A stretch of DNA of 64,000 nucleotides from assembly GCF_001194135.2 (NCBI RefSeq), contig NC_068984.1:137700165-137764164 (forward strand), given 5' to 3'. The position numbers and the translations under genes are program-made. This DNA is from Octopus bimaculoides (taxonomy: Eukaryota). The notes under the pieces are model-generated. The model ran no database searches. It saw only the letters and a program-made list of their open reading frames with translations, and was not told where the DNA came from. Positions 33,724 through 47,989 of this stretch are shown one piece after another; the stretch's first letter is position 1; each line of letters begins with the position of its first letter.

Positions 33724-34093
33724 TATTCCCAACCTTGCACCGTCTAATGGAGGTGGATTAACAATAAATATAAGTTGAAGTTGCTTATGCCAAGTCCAAT
33801 TTTGAATTCCTGATTTCAGTATTTGTAAGATATGATAGTTTCAACATAGCACATGAAAACATTTTCACATGCCATATTCTCACAGAAAAAAAAAAATGCT
33901 TGTTTTTAGGGCCTTAAATCTTTGGACGCGGAAAGGGGTTATATTCGCTCCATGTTCTCTGACCGATAACCGCGTAAAGTAGTTTTACCCCATGGCTTAA
34001 GATATTTTTTTGTATGCTGCGAAAAGCGGAGACAACCTCAGTGGTACTTTTTACAAAAGACAACTTTTCAAGTTTTCTTAGATCTTTCACGTA

Positions 34094-34130
<37 letters not shown>

Positions 34131-34299
34131 NNNNNNNNNNNNNNNNNNNNNNNNNNNNNNNNNNNNNNNNNNNNNNNNNNNNNNNNNNNNNNNNNNNNNN
34201 NNNNNNNNNNNNNNNNNNNNNNNNNNNNNNNNNNNNNNNNNNNNNNNNNNNNNNNTATATATAAAAGGGTAAAGGTACGTTCTCGAGTCATGTCGACAC

Positions 34300-34516
34300 A
34301 TAAGAGCCGGTTTCCCCTTTTATCATGGCGTATAAATTCCTCACCTCGATGGAACGCCGGTCCGTCAGAGGATCACTAATTTTTGCCAGCTGAGTGGACT
34401 GGAGCAACGTGAAATGAAGTGGTTTGCTCAAGAACACAACGTATCACCTAGTCCAAGAATTGAAACCACAATCTTACGATCATGAGTCCAACACCCTAAC
34501 CACTAAGCCATACGCT
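34300..34516 (-). mobile_element. SINE family E
   Basis: GAGTGGACTGGAGCAACGTGAAATGAAG..GCTCAAGAACACAAC..CCCTAACCACTAAGCCA. Confidence 0.8.
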
Positions 34517-34869
34517 TCTACATTTAATCAAATATCACTTTACAGAGCAAACATCAAATACTTTTAGTGGTGAATATGAAAAGGGAGTAGAGGAGTAGAA
34601 AATAGCACTTCCATTTTTTGTGTGGATGAGGACCACGGAACTTAAGTACGCATTGAAAAAGTTAAATAATTCACTCCAAAGTTAGATCCAAGCTTCAACA
34701 AACGCTGATTTTCTTTCTGTTTCTATAGTAGTCCAGCACATAAAAAAAAAGGTAATGAAATTAAAATTAACAACAGAGCCGCAGAAAAATTAGTGGTTAT
34801 TTACGTTGGTAAGAAAATTGTAGAGTGAATTTCGTGAGTCTGGATGTCCTTATATATCGCTGTCGTGTG

Positions 34870-35344
34870 AAGAGAAGGAATCAGACGTACAATGGCTCTA
34901 AAGCCTTTGAGAACTTCAAGAAACGTAGCTCACAAGCAAAACCCGTTTACTATGTCTCTTATAAAAAGATACCAGCTAAGTTGCTTGTGCGGAATCCATC
35001 AGTCTTTTATCACTTGGATAAGAAGTTTCGTCAGACCGTTCATCTGTAGTCTGTACCGATGGCTTCCACTCCGATTCTTATTCTATAAATTCTACATATG
35101 CTGGGAAAGAGAAGAAATCGGACGTACAATGGCTCTAAAGCCCTTGAGAACTTCAAGAAAATAGGTCACAAGCAAAACCTTTTACTGTGTCTCTTATGAA
35201 AAGATGCCAGCTAAGTTGCTTGTGCGGAATCCATCAGTCTTTTATCACTTGGATAAGGAGTTTCGTCAGACCGTTCATCTGTAGTGTGTACCGATGGCTT
35301 CCACTCCGATTCTTATTCTATAAATTTTACAGATGCTGGGAAAA
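34870..35344 (+). repeat. 237-bp tandem duplication (2 copies)
   Basis: AGAGAAG..GACGTACAATGGCTCTAAAGCC at 34871 and 35108; copies differ by scattered substitutions. Confidence 0.9.
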
Positions 35345-35417
35345 GTTTCCACTGTCTATTTTCGATAACTTTTTGTGTAACATTCGGTTTGATATTTGTT
35401 TCGATTATACGACAAAA

Positions 35418-35790
35418 GGCAGCGAGCCGGCAGAATCGTTAGCACGTCAGGCGAAATGCTTAGCTGTGTTTTGTCTGCCGCTACGTTCTGAGTTCAAATT
35501 CCACCGAGGTCGACTTTGCCTTTCATCCTTTCGGGGTCGATTAAATAAGTACCAGTTACGCACTGGGGTCGTTATAATCGACTTAATCCGTTTGTCTGTC
35601 CTTGTTTGTCCCCTCTGTGTTTAGCCCCCTGTGGGCAGTAAAGAAATAAGAAACGTTAGCACGTCAGACAAAATTTCTCAATGGCATTTCTTCCGGCCCC
35701 TAATATTCTGAGTTCAAATTTCACTGAAGTCGGCTTTGCCTTGCATTCTTTCGAATTCGATAAAATTGCCGGCCTTTTGCCAAACTTTGA
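35418..35790 (+). mobile_element. SINE family A (long tail) plus partial second copy
   Basis: Head, core and tail present; second head at about 35650. Confidence 0.85.
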
Positions 35791-36674
35791 AGCAGATATC
35801 ACATAAANNNNNNNNNNNNNNNNNNNNNNNNNNNNNNNNNNNNNNNNNNNNNNNNNNNNNNNNNNNNNNNNNNNNNNNNNNNNNNNNNNNNNNNNNNNNN
35901 NNNNNNNNNNNNNNNNNNNNNNNNNNNNNNNNNNNNNNNNNNNNNNNNNNNNNNNNNNNNNNNNNNNNNNNNNNNNNNNNNNNNNNNNNNNNNNNNNNNN
36001 NNNNNNNNNNNNNNNNNNNNNNNNNNNNNNNNNNNNNNNNNNNNNNNNNNNNNNNNNNNNNNNNNNNNNNNNNNNNNNNNNNNNNNNNNNNNNNNNNNNN
36101 NNNNNNNNNNNNNNNNNNNNNNNNNNNNNNNNNNNNNNNNNNNNNNNNNNNNNNNNNNNNNNNNGTGGGAGGGAAATGATTACATCGACTTCAGTATTTG
36201 ACTGCTGCTTATTTTATCGATCTCGAAAGGATGAAAGGCAAAGTCGATCTCGACAGAACTTGAGCTGAAAAAGTAAAGATAGACGAAATAGCTATGCAAA
36301 TTCAGCGCAGCTTCCCACCTTATGCTGTTATTTAATTATATGACTGTTAATATTAATACGAAGAAGTTGAAAATTAAAAACCTCGGAATGTTTTATTTAT
36401 AAATTATCTGTGATTATGAAGTTGATATCGAAGTAATTATCCATGCTGTGGTCATTGCTCTTTCTAATCTTTATATTTACATATGATGTTATCATTACTG
36501 TTGATGAATATATGCAAAGAGCCATTATAATACTAGTTGTAACTAAATAGGCGACGACGATGACGACACTGATGTTGCTGATAGTGTCAACGGTAATTGT
36601 TGCTGTTGCTATAGTGATGATGCTAACGGTATTGACTATGTTGATGATACTACTGAAGTTTATTATTATTATCA

Positions 36675-36705
<31 letters not shown>

Positions 36706-36710
36706 TAGAA

Positions 36711-36811
36711 GACACCTTGGGGCAAGTGTCTTCTACAATAGCCTCGGGCCGACCAAAGCCTTGTGAGTGGATTTGGTAGACGGAAACTGAAAGAAGCCCG
36801 TCGTATATATG

Positions 36812-36844
<33 letters not shown>

Positions 36845-37053
36845 ATATGTATGTGTGTCTGTGTTTGCCCCCCCCCCAACTTCGCTTGACAACCGATGCT
36901 GGTGTGTGTTACGTCCCCGTAACTTAGCGGTTCGGCAAAAAGAGAACCGATAGAATAAGTACTAGGCTTACAAAGAATAAGTCCTGGGGTCGATTCGCTT
37001 GACTAAAGGCGGTGCCCCAGCATGGCCGCAGTGAAATGACTGAAACAAGTAAA
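36711..37053 (+). mobile_element. SINE family B, 5'-truncated, within an ATT array
   Basis: Begins at CACCTTGGGGCAAGTGTCTTC; flanked by identical 46-bp compound ATT repeats. Confidence 0.9.
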
Positions 37054-37074
37054 GGATTATCATTATTATTATCA

Positions 37075-37105
<31 letters not shown>

Positions 37106-39645
37106 TACTATTATTGTTATTATTATTATTACGATGGAATTTGTGAACACATTAAAGGTGAAGTTGATGAATAATATTAATGAGGGTTATAATTTTATGG
37201 ATTTCACCATTGCCATCATATAATTATATAATGGTTATAATTTTAAAGAAATTCGACAACGAAATCGCTATGCAAATTCAACGCCAGACTTTTCTGTATT
37301 TTTATTAAGTGGAGAAATGACTAACCTCTTCATGTAAAACATTTCTTAAATATTTTAACTTCAAAATCGATAATTCTTAATTGATCTTTTCGAATTCAGC
37401 CAATAACCTCCCACTAAACAACCGTTGCTGATCCTTCCGTTCATGCGTGTTAACTTAAGAATAGTCTTTACGAGATGTCGTTATAAATTTGTATCGGAAT
37501 CCTCACATTAACATTCTCGTAAATCTATGATTTATTCTAATTAGCAGTTGTTCCCAAAAACCCTTGCACTCTATTTCCATATTGTTAAACAGCATCTTTT
37601 CATACACAATTCTCACAATTGTTCACGGGTCCATAATATTAGCTTTCTCCAGGCACTATAAATTATTACTTGAATAATCAATACCTTTTAAAATGTCCGC
37701 GAAGTAATCGCTCTGTTGGGTTGTCAGATAAATTTGTTCGTTTTTATTCCCACTATTTAAAACAAAAAAATAAATGTAGTTAAAAGCTTGATTCCTAACC
37801 ACATAGTTCCAGGTTCAGTCCCACTGCGTGGCACCTTGCGTAAGTTTCCTCTACTACATCTTCGGGCCGACATGGGGCCGGCTAATTTTAAACAACCTCA
37901 AGTGTAACAGACCGAAACTGTAATGATAATTGGAAGCTTGACTGATGAACCACGAATGATCCATCCTGTTTTTATTGTCGTCCGTTAGTTCTTATTCCGG
38001 TTTTTTATTTATATATACAAATAGCGGCGTACATACACCTTTTGCTCACCTTATAAGCATTATCTAAATCCTGTACGACATTTTTCTCCTTTTAATCCCC
38101 CATGTACAATCTTCTTTCTTTCCTCTTTTCTTTTTCTCGCTCCTCCTCTCTCACATTTCTTGGCATTCTCCTACTTTTATCTCTCTACTTTCCTTCGTTA
38201 TCTCCCTTGTACCTTTCCCTCTGTCCCTTCCTTTCTCTCTCTCTCCCTCCCCCCTCTGTTTCTCTGTCTGTCTGTCTGTCTCTCTCTCTCACTCTCTCTC
38301 CTTCTAGTTCCTTCCCTAATTCTTCAATTCATCTGCCCCTACTCTCTTTGTTCCTTCCACGTGGCCGGTGCTCGGCCAAGTATAATCTTTCTTTCTCGGT
38401 CTGACCACTGCCCGTACAACGCTTTATTTTCCTGTCTCCTGACTTTCATCTATGTTTTGCCTCAAGGCTTTCACTCCACACCTCAGCTCAGCTCAGCTTA
38501 CCTTGTCCTTATTAGTCGAAAGACACCTGTTGTTATTCTCTTCTTGTTTGTATTTGTAATCGTGTAACATTTTCTCCGTTTTCTCGTTTTTATTTGTCTG
38601 TGTTGTAGTACACAATCGCTTGCTTTCTTCCCAAATTTAATGCTCTTAGCTTAGATTTTTGAGGCCTCCAATTTTGAACAGTCTCAAGTGTAATAGACCG
38701 ACACTGTAATGATAATTGGAAGCTTGACTGATGAACAGAGGGCTACGAATAATCATTCCTGGTTTTTCCTGTCCGTTTTTGTATCGTGTATCTGTCCGTA
38801 TGTTTTAATTGTCGTCCGTTACGTTCTTGTTCCGTTTTTTTTTTTTGGGGGGGGGGATATATATATATAATATAAGTATAGTCGTAATTAAAGCATAAAT
38901 TGCGAATACCCACCTTAATAATTTATGTGTGTGTTTGTGTCTATTGTCCACCACCGTGTGACAACCGGTTTTGATTTGTCTACGTTCCTGTAATCTAGCA
39001 GTTCGACAAAAAAAAAAAAAACTCAAAAAACTTTAGAATAAGTACTAGGCTTAAAAAAAGAAAAAAAAAATACTAACAAAACTTAACGAAAACGAACGAA
39101 TTTATTTGACAAAGCACGTAATTTATTTCAGTGAGTGGTTTTCGAAATACTTGGCAATCCTGAAGAATATCTACATATTAAAGTGAACAAAGAACTGAAA
39201 TTTTGTGGTTCTTAAATTTTATTAGGTTTGAACTTAAGTTTGGAGCTTTGTAGACTAAAGCTGACGATGGGAAAATATTTTCATAGATTTGGCACTTGAT
39301 GTCGAGAACTATTATTGAAAATTGCCACCACATTCCTTAATGCATTAAACTGAGAATATGTTTAAGAATACATTGCTTGGAAACACAGTGAAGCAAGTTA
39401 AAATAGTTTGCAAACTAAAATCTAACCATATTTGGCATGTATGATAGAGTTAAAGTTGAAAACAAGAACTGATATGAAAAAAGAAAAACAATTCTCTTTA
39501 GTATGTATTAGTAAATGGTGTACCAAAAGTCTATCAAGTACTAAAGAGAAACTGGACAAATTCAAGCTAATCTCTGAGAATTTGCAGATTTTCGATGTGT
39601 TTTATCAAATTTGATTAACACCAAAAGAAAGCGAGAAAGACCGAG

Positions 39646-39682
<37 letters not shown>

Positions 39683-41910
39683 NNNNNNNNNNNNNNNNNN
39701 NNNNNNNNNNNNNNNNNNNNNNNNNNNNNNNNNNNNNNNNNNNNNNNNNNNNNNNNNNNNNNNNNNNNNNNNNNNNNNNNNNNNNNNNNNGGGGGGGAGG
39801 GAGAGGGAGAGAGGCAGGCAGAGAGACTAAGAGAAAGAAAGAGCGCAGGAGAAAGGAACATTTACTGACAAACAGGCATTGACTTCTACCACGCAGATAT
39901 ATCATCTCATCTCACTGCCACTTCTACATTGGTCTCTGCTAATCTGAATTAGCTGGTTGCACACAAACAGATTCACACATCTATATTCCTTTGGTCACAC
40001 TAATAGTTTCTTCCCTTTTAAGACCTCCATCACCAAAGACTTATTGCAAGTCATTCCTTCTGACAATTATCATACTAACGTCTGGAATTCTTTCATTACA
40101 CCCAGGTTCATCCAATTTTTGTTTACTGTAAAGTCAAGGAGGAAAGGAAAGCGAGCAGAAACCTTAATTTCTATCGAAGTTTTCGAAACTGATCGGTGGA
40201 AGGGAGAAAATTATCCTTAAATCGGAGACTTCAGATGGCAGTGTCAGACTAACTGGTGGAGGAAGTCCACTACCCCAAATCTCAGAAATATTACAAATCA
40301 TCATCTCTTCTGAAGTTTTAACAATCCCGTCAAACCACCGTCATAGATTGATATTTTATTTTATCAACCCCGAATTGATAAAAGGTAAAATTGACTGCAG
40401 TGAGATTTGAACTCAGCCGTAACAAATGAGAGTACTATCTTGAGTGGAAGGTCTCATAGAGCTGGCTACCCGGTTTCAATGCGGTTTAATTGACCGTGAC
40501 AACTTATATGGGACGCCGGTCCGTCTCAGTGAACTGGAGAAATGTGAAATAAAGTGCTTTGCTCAAGAGCACAACACACCGCCGGGTCTGGGAATATTTT
40601 GTCTCATGCTCTAAGGCCTCTATCAATTCGCCACACTACAGCCAGACACCGAAGTACAGCAGTTGATATGAAACATCGAACTTATTCTGTTACTGCTCTT
40701 TCTCCGCTCACTTATCCATGAATAAAAAAATATATATTTAAGCCATACTTACAACATAAAGAACTCAGACAGCCAGCCTCAGTGACAGCTCCTGAAAAAT
40801 AATAGAAAAACAAACATATTATTGTCATGTCTTTTTTTGTTTTACTAAACGTATCATGCTTATATGGTTATCTTTTATCTTTCATCGTTTACTTGTTTCA
40901 GTTATGCTGAGATATCGTCTTGAAGAATTTTACTTGAACAAAGTCGACCCCCAACACTTATCTGTTTCTATCATTCTCTTTTGCCGAACCACTAAGTTAC
41001 GCGGGCGTAAACAAACCAATACCAGTTTGTGAAGTGGTGTAGGGGAGACAAATACAAAGAAGTATATGCATATGTACTTACTCTCACACATACACAGACA
41101 CAAACACGCACACATACAGTTTCCGTTTACCATATTCATCCACAAGGCATCGGTCGACTCAGGGGCTATTATAATATTATAATAGCTTCCTTCAGTAATA
41201 TCCAGTCATTTTAAAGCTTTTATAAATCCCCCCCTCTCTCTCTCTCTCTCTCTTTCGCTCACTTTTACACACAAAATCCAGACATATATATTATAATAAT
41301 TAAAATGATTCGTTATAGATGGCCAAATGTTTCGCTCATGCACTTTCAAATGAATGAAAAATTTGGGGTGGTCGATGGAATTCGTACTTAACTAAGGAGA
41401 CGAACTATTTGGTATCATAAACATAGATCACGCAAATTTATTTTGAAAGGAAGAGGAGTATATACGAGAGAGAAAGTTTTATGAGTTAGAGAAGGTTGGA
41501 GAAAACTAGAAGCACAGGGACACACATAGAGATATATATAAGAATTTAGGCATACAAGACACTACGGAAGAAATTTATTTCCCAGTAAATCAAATGAAAT
41601 GACCTTGTATAAATTTCAACTTCTCACACAGATGATGTGTTGGTGTAGCTGTATTCTATTGAAGTGAATATAGTGAATATAGTAAATATTTCTTGCGGGC
41701 CAACGGTGGGATAAAATGCAATGTCGAAGCTGACTGGAAGGATTTAAACTCCGTCAGTAATCAACGAAATTAATTACTGCTCAGTGCGTTACCATCAGTA
41801 CCACCTTTACAGACCTGATGTTATCACAATTTATTATAGCGGTTTCAGACTTTGGTATAAAGCCAGAAATTTTAGGGAGTGCGGTTAATTGCATGTTTAT
41901 GGTTAAGTCT

Positions 41911-42288
41911 GTAGAGGTGCAATGGCCCAGCGGTTAGGGCAGCGGACTCGCGGTCATAGGATCGCTGTTTCGATTCCCAGACTGGGCGTTGTGAGTGTTT
42001 ATTGAGCGAAAACACCTAAAGCTCCACGAGGCTCCGGTAGGGGATGGTGGCGAACCCTGCTGTACTCTTTCACCACAACTTTCTCTCACTCTTACTTCCT
42101 GTTTCTGTTATGCTTGTAATTCAAAGGGTCAGCCTTGTCACAGTGTCACGCTGAATATCCTCGAGAACTACGTTAAGGGTACACGTGTCTGTGGAGTGCT
42201 CAGCCACTTGCACGTTAATTTCACGAGCAGGCTGTTCTGTTGATCGGGTCAATTGGAACCCTCGTCGTAGTAACCAACGGAGTACCAG
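41911..42288 (+). mobile_element. SINE family C
   Basis: Full head and body matching 9244. Confidence 0.9.
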
Positions 42289-44770
42289 TAATTGGCAAAA
42301 CCTTTAGGACTTTCCGAACTTGAGACGCTTTTGAGATAGACACTTAAACGCACACTGACGCAAATAATCAAACACATAGACGCAGTGGATGGCAGAACCG
42401 ATAGAGCACTGGACAAAATGCCTCAGAACAAAATATCTGATGCCTTGAGTTCAATTCCTAGTGAAGTCGACTTTGCCATTCACCAGTTTGCGGTTGATAA
42501 ATTAAGCGTTAAATGGTCTTAATTGACTTTAGTCCTTCCATAAAACCCACAGCTTTATATTAGTATTAGGTAAATGCTGTGTCCAAGTGGTTAGAGACTT
42601 CAGCTCACGATCATAATATAGTGGGTTCAATTCCGGAACTAGGAGCATTTTGTGTCCTTGAGCAAGTCACTTCAGTTCACGTTACAGTTTACTCAGCTGA
42701 GAATGAGTACCACCCTTTGACCCCATTCTCATATCGTGGATTGTGACAGTTGGATCAAAGCGTTTGAGGGAGGCGAGATGTCTATATCTGTAGATGACAG
42801 AATCAATAAAGCACTGGACAAAATACTTAAGAACAAAACGTCTTGAGTTCAATTCCTGCCGAATGCCGATTTTGCCTCTCATCCGTCTGGGGTTGATAAA
42901 ATAAGCACTGGATTGATTTAATCGACTTTAGCCCTTCCGCAAAACGTATAGCTTAGTGTTTATATTAAATAGAAAAATCAATTATACATTAAACAATAAT
43001 ACATAAACTGAACAAAACCAGCGGCAGTTTGTCCATTGATAGTTGGATATATTGGATGTGAGGAACAATGGCAGATGTGAACAATACTGTACAATAAAGC
43101 TGAACATATCTAAAATGAAATATAAGCTTTGACTTGGTGATGCTGATGGCATGAACGTGCTCATAAACGATTTGACAATGAATTGGTAAATAAAGTAAAA
43201 TATTACAAGATCAACACTGCGAGAAAAAGAATCGGATATTTTAAAAGAATAAACGAAACCGTTGTTGTTTTAGAATTGTAAAGTCAAATTCCTGTCAATG
43301 AACAACTTATGATATATGTATGCCAATATATTCTGTATTATTACATAACAACACACACACACACACACACACGCTTATCTATCATTCTATCTATCTATCC
43401 ATCTATCTATCTATCTATCTATCTATATTACACAAATTATGACTGTAAATTATAAAAGATTTTAAATGTATAGGTTGTACGTGTTTCTCTTATCATCCGT
43501 GCTAAACCAATCTATCGGTGTTTAGTTCGATCTCTATTCAATTATATACTTTTCTTATTTACTCTTGAGAGATGAAACGTAACTTTGACCGCAGCGGAAT
43601 TTCAGCTCGTAATGTTAGAAGTTCGGAACTAACTACTATAGTGTATTTAAGCACTTCTGTTTACTCTTTCAATATTATCTTTCTAAAAAGCGAAATACTG
43701 TGAAAAAATTCGAAAAAAAAGAAAAAAAAAGAAGACCACCAAAAAACAATGTGATACGTTTGAAGATATCTAATTTTAATCAATTACAAATTAAGTTGTT
43801 CTAAACTGTAATAGATTATAGCTTTTATTCAATGCAATAGATTAACGTTAATCTTTCGCTTTTGGATTTGATTTGCAAGATTATTGATGTGAACTCGTGT
43901 GTCGAACCAGATTTTGTTGTATCTCGGGAGGTTCATTATGTCAATAATACACATTCGCACTGGTTCTATATTAATTTTTTAAATTTTTATTAGCCAATTG
44001 GTTAACTGTTTGACTAATTAACGAATCAAACGTTTGATTAATCAGAAAGTTAATCAACCAATGAGTTAAGTTTGCCAAAGTTCTTTCGTTGCCATTAGCT
44101 TCAATGATATGACATCTCTACTCCAGGTAAGTTTTGACGAGGTCGCGAATGGGAAGAAGAAGACAGACAAGAATAACTTATTGATTAATCAAGTAATGAA
44201 ACAATCGATTAGTTAATTGGTTAAATTGTTTACTAATTGACGAATAATAAAGAAGTGAAGTAAAACAGGTGTGTGTGTTTATTATTGGCATAATGACCCA
44301 CCCGTGATATAACAAAATTAATATGAAATCATATGATAAAAATGTATTATTTCTCACTGAAAAGTTTACGAATTTATTTCTACTGCTTCAAACGGCATAC
44401 AGTTTTATAGACTTATATAACTAAATTAAAACAAACAAACAACAAAAAAAATCAAACTGTATATAAATACCCATATTTTTGAAAATATAACGTAAACATT
44501 CCGCTAATTGGATTATTAATAAAAGGTTAAAACAAGTAGAGTTCTGTTTGACGTGTTGCTTTACCTTCCCGCCATTCATTCATGTAACTCAAAAATATTT
44601 GAATCAATATTAAAAGAGAGAAAAAAAATATATGATCGAAATGACATGAAAAAACAAAAAGGTAAAAATAATGTCGCATATGTTGTCAGTATTGGAATGA
44701 ATTTCTTCCTATTATTATAAACATAATCACAGTCTCAGATATCTTAAAAGAAATTATGATGCTGTGCGTT

Positions 44771-45150
44771 TGTTGTTGGCACTCCGTCGCTTACGACGTC
44801 GAGGGTTCCAGTTGATCCGATCAACGGAACAGCCTGCTCGTGAAATTAACGTGCAAGTGGCTGAGCACTCCACAGACACGTGTACCCTTAACGTAGTTCT
44901 CTGGGATATTCAGCGTGACACAGTGTGAGAAGTCTGACCCTTTGAATTACAGGCACAACAGAAACAGGAAGTAAGAGAAAGTTGTGGTGAAAGAGTACAG
45001 CAGGGTTCGCCACCATCCCCTGCCGGAGCCTCGTGGAGCTTTTAGCTATTTTCGCTCAATAAACACCCACAACGCCCGGTCTGGGAATCGAAACCGCGAT
45101 CCTACGACCGCTAGTCCGCTGCCCTAACCGCTGGGCCATTGCGCCTCCAC
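44771..45150 (-). mobile_element. SINE family C, full length
   Basis: Reverse complement of 9244 with CAA tail. Confidence 0.9.
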
Positions 45151-45501
45151 GCAGCGCGTTTATATGACTATGAACATAATTGTATTACGTTTCATCTTTC
45201 TCCGCAGACCATTGGTCCTTTGAACAGGGTAAAGTTACATGATTAATATTTAATATTCTTAAACTCACTTCCTTGTTTGTGATTCCCTCACATCACCGCA
45301 GCAACCTTTTGATATCGTAATATCCCCACTTTCACACGGAGGGGCAGTGCAACGAAACATTACATACTACAATCTTTACGATAAATAAATGTCATCAATC
45401 TTCCAGCTTTTATATTGACTGACTTTTTCCGCAGCTGACCATCACCAGTTAACCATATATTTTAGGTTTTGCCTTATTTCAGTTGTATATTTAAGTATAG
45501 C

Positions 45502-46360
45502 GGCGAGCTGGTAGAATCGTTACCGTGCCGGGAAAAATGCTTAGCGGCATTTCGTCTATCATTACATTCGAAGTTCAAATGCCGTCGCCGAGATCGACTT
45601 TACCTTTCATCCTTTCATGGTCGATAAAATAAGTGCCAGTTGATTAGTAGGAGTGTGGGTTAATGTAATCGACTTACCCACTCCATCGAAATTTGTGGCT
45701 TTGTCAAAATTTCAAACCAATATCATAATATCAAAGTATGGAAAGCAGTGAGCTGGCAGAAACGTTAGCATGCCGGGCAAAATGTTTAGCGGCATTTCGT
45801 CCGCCTTTACGTTCTCAGTTCAGACTTTGTCTTTCATCCTTTCGGGGTCGATAAAATAAGTAGCGGCTGAGTAATGGAGTCGATGTAATAGACTAACCCC
45901 ACCTCGCCCGAAATTGTTGGCCTTTGCCAAAATTTGAAATCAAAGTATGAGGCAGCGATCTGGTAGAATTCTTAACACACCGGACAAAATGCTTAACGTA
46001 ATTTCGTCCGCCTTTACGTTCTCAGTTCAAATTCCGCTGAGGTCGACTTTGTCTTTTATCCTTCCGGGGTCGATAAAATAAATACCGGCTGAGTACTGGA
46101 GTTGATGTAATCGCCCGAAATTGTTAGCCTTTGTTAAAATTTGAAATTCTTTAATACGAGTCAGCGATCTGGCAGAATTGTTAACATACCGGACAAAATG
46201 CTTAGCATCATGTCTTTCGACTTTACGTTCTGAGTTCAAATGCCGCCGGAATCGACTTTGCTTTTCATCCTTTCGGGGACGATAAAATAAGGACCAGTTG
46301 AGCACTGGGGACGATGTATTTCCTTCCCCGAAATTCATGTCTTGGGCCAAAATTTGAAAC
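45502..46360 (+). mobile_element. Tandem array of four SINE family A copies
   Basis: Heads at about 45502, 45745, 45951 and 46162; each ends near CAAAATTT(G/C)AAA. Confidence 0.85.
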
Positions 46361-47989
46361 GAATATTCATAATTTTAAATTGGTTTTTGTTGCTTTATTC
46401 TTTCTCTACAGCTTTTGGTTGCTGGTTTTGAAATAAATTTTACCTCTTTTTCAGTCATATGACGATGGAGTGCCAAGTAGAAACACCGAACATCTTATTT
46501 GACAACCTAGTATTTGAATGAAGAGATATTTTAATGATGCTCTATTTTATTGCTGAATTCGCAATAGTTTATAGAGAACCTATGGCTAAATATTTTAGTC
46601 AACCAGCGAACCGGTGGTAAAATTCTGTTTAGCTAAACTAATTGGTTGTTAAGATACTGGCAACATACCATGTCCTATAGCAAGCTTCAGTATAATGGAA
46701 TAGTTGTCAAGTTGTGGGTAGTGATTCAGCAACACACACAAGTGTCACCTGTAAACAGGTGTTTGCTCACTGAAGCATGATTAATTAAGAATATGAACTA
46801 CAACAAATATATTAACTGTATGAAGTAGAATGTAACAGACGAATGTTTTACTATGATAGCACTTTAAGCAAATGGATTTAGTGAATTTGGTAGATATATT
46901 TATTTTGTTATATTTATATGTAAATGTGGAGGTCATATATTCATATATAAGAGAAGAGAAACGTAAATTTGTTACAGTCATGGTTTTAATAAAAGTATTA
47001 ATGAACATAAGTGAAACAATTTCGCAATAGGAAACAAAGCCATATCATCAATTTACCAAAGCCTCCCCCACTCTCTCTCTCTTTATGACTTTTATCCAAA
47101 TGCGTGCACACTTACAATAATATTCAAATTTGTAAGCTGATATATCTAACCTCAACAAATCTCCAGATGATTAATCGATCTGGATGCTTAGATTATTGTC
47201 AGCATGTCATAAGGAAATTAAAAGGTTACCTATAGAGCAGCCTCAGTTTGTATGTTCTTGTTGTAACTCTGATTAACCCTGATTGCGATAATTCACTGTG
47301 ATACTTATGTTACATGTAATAATATAATGTATAAATGACATTGGACTGCTTAATGCCATCACTTAATTGAAGACCTGTGTAGAAAATATTAGCGTCCAGT
47401 TAGTCTGTATGCGAATTAATTTTCTAATTTCTCTAGCAAATTGAATCGTAAGAGAAATATTTTATAATATGATTTTGAAGCCAGTAGATGGTTTATAAGT
47501 ATATGAACGTATATTCATATGTTAAAAATAATTTAATATGCTATTCTCGGATATCTCTCACTGCTGGTTTATCACTAACCAAATATGGTGAACTGTAGAT
47601 GAATCATTACTGTAATTATCAAAATAAACTGAAATTTTCGAGACTATTGAGGAAAATTCCCTTTTTTATCCTCGAGAAGGATTAAATTATTTGGATCACA
47701 GTTAGTTGTTTGGACACACAGACGTATAATATGTAAAATATTTATTAAAAGCTGAAACAGCGTGAGTAGCTACCTGGAGTTTCTCCTTCCCGGTCATCAT
47801 TAGAAGACTAGAAAGAAAAAAAACCCGAGTAGCAACACAACCATGAATAACTAATATTTCATTCTGCTTAATGGTATTGAGTAATTATTTTTTTCCACTT
47901 AATTGTAGTTAACACCAGAGCTAAACCACCATATACTATACCATACACACATACATACATACTTACATACACATATATAAACAATAAAA

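Noticed and set aside
34825-35624. ORFs of 74-145 aa across the 237-bp duplication
   Set aside because: The frames differ between the copies and run into a SINE; no domain recognised.
37905-37955. Type II hammerhead order GAAAC...CTGATGA (also about 38700-38735)
   Set aside because: The would-be stem II strands are not complementary.
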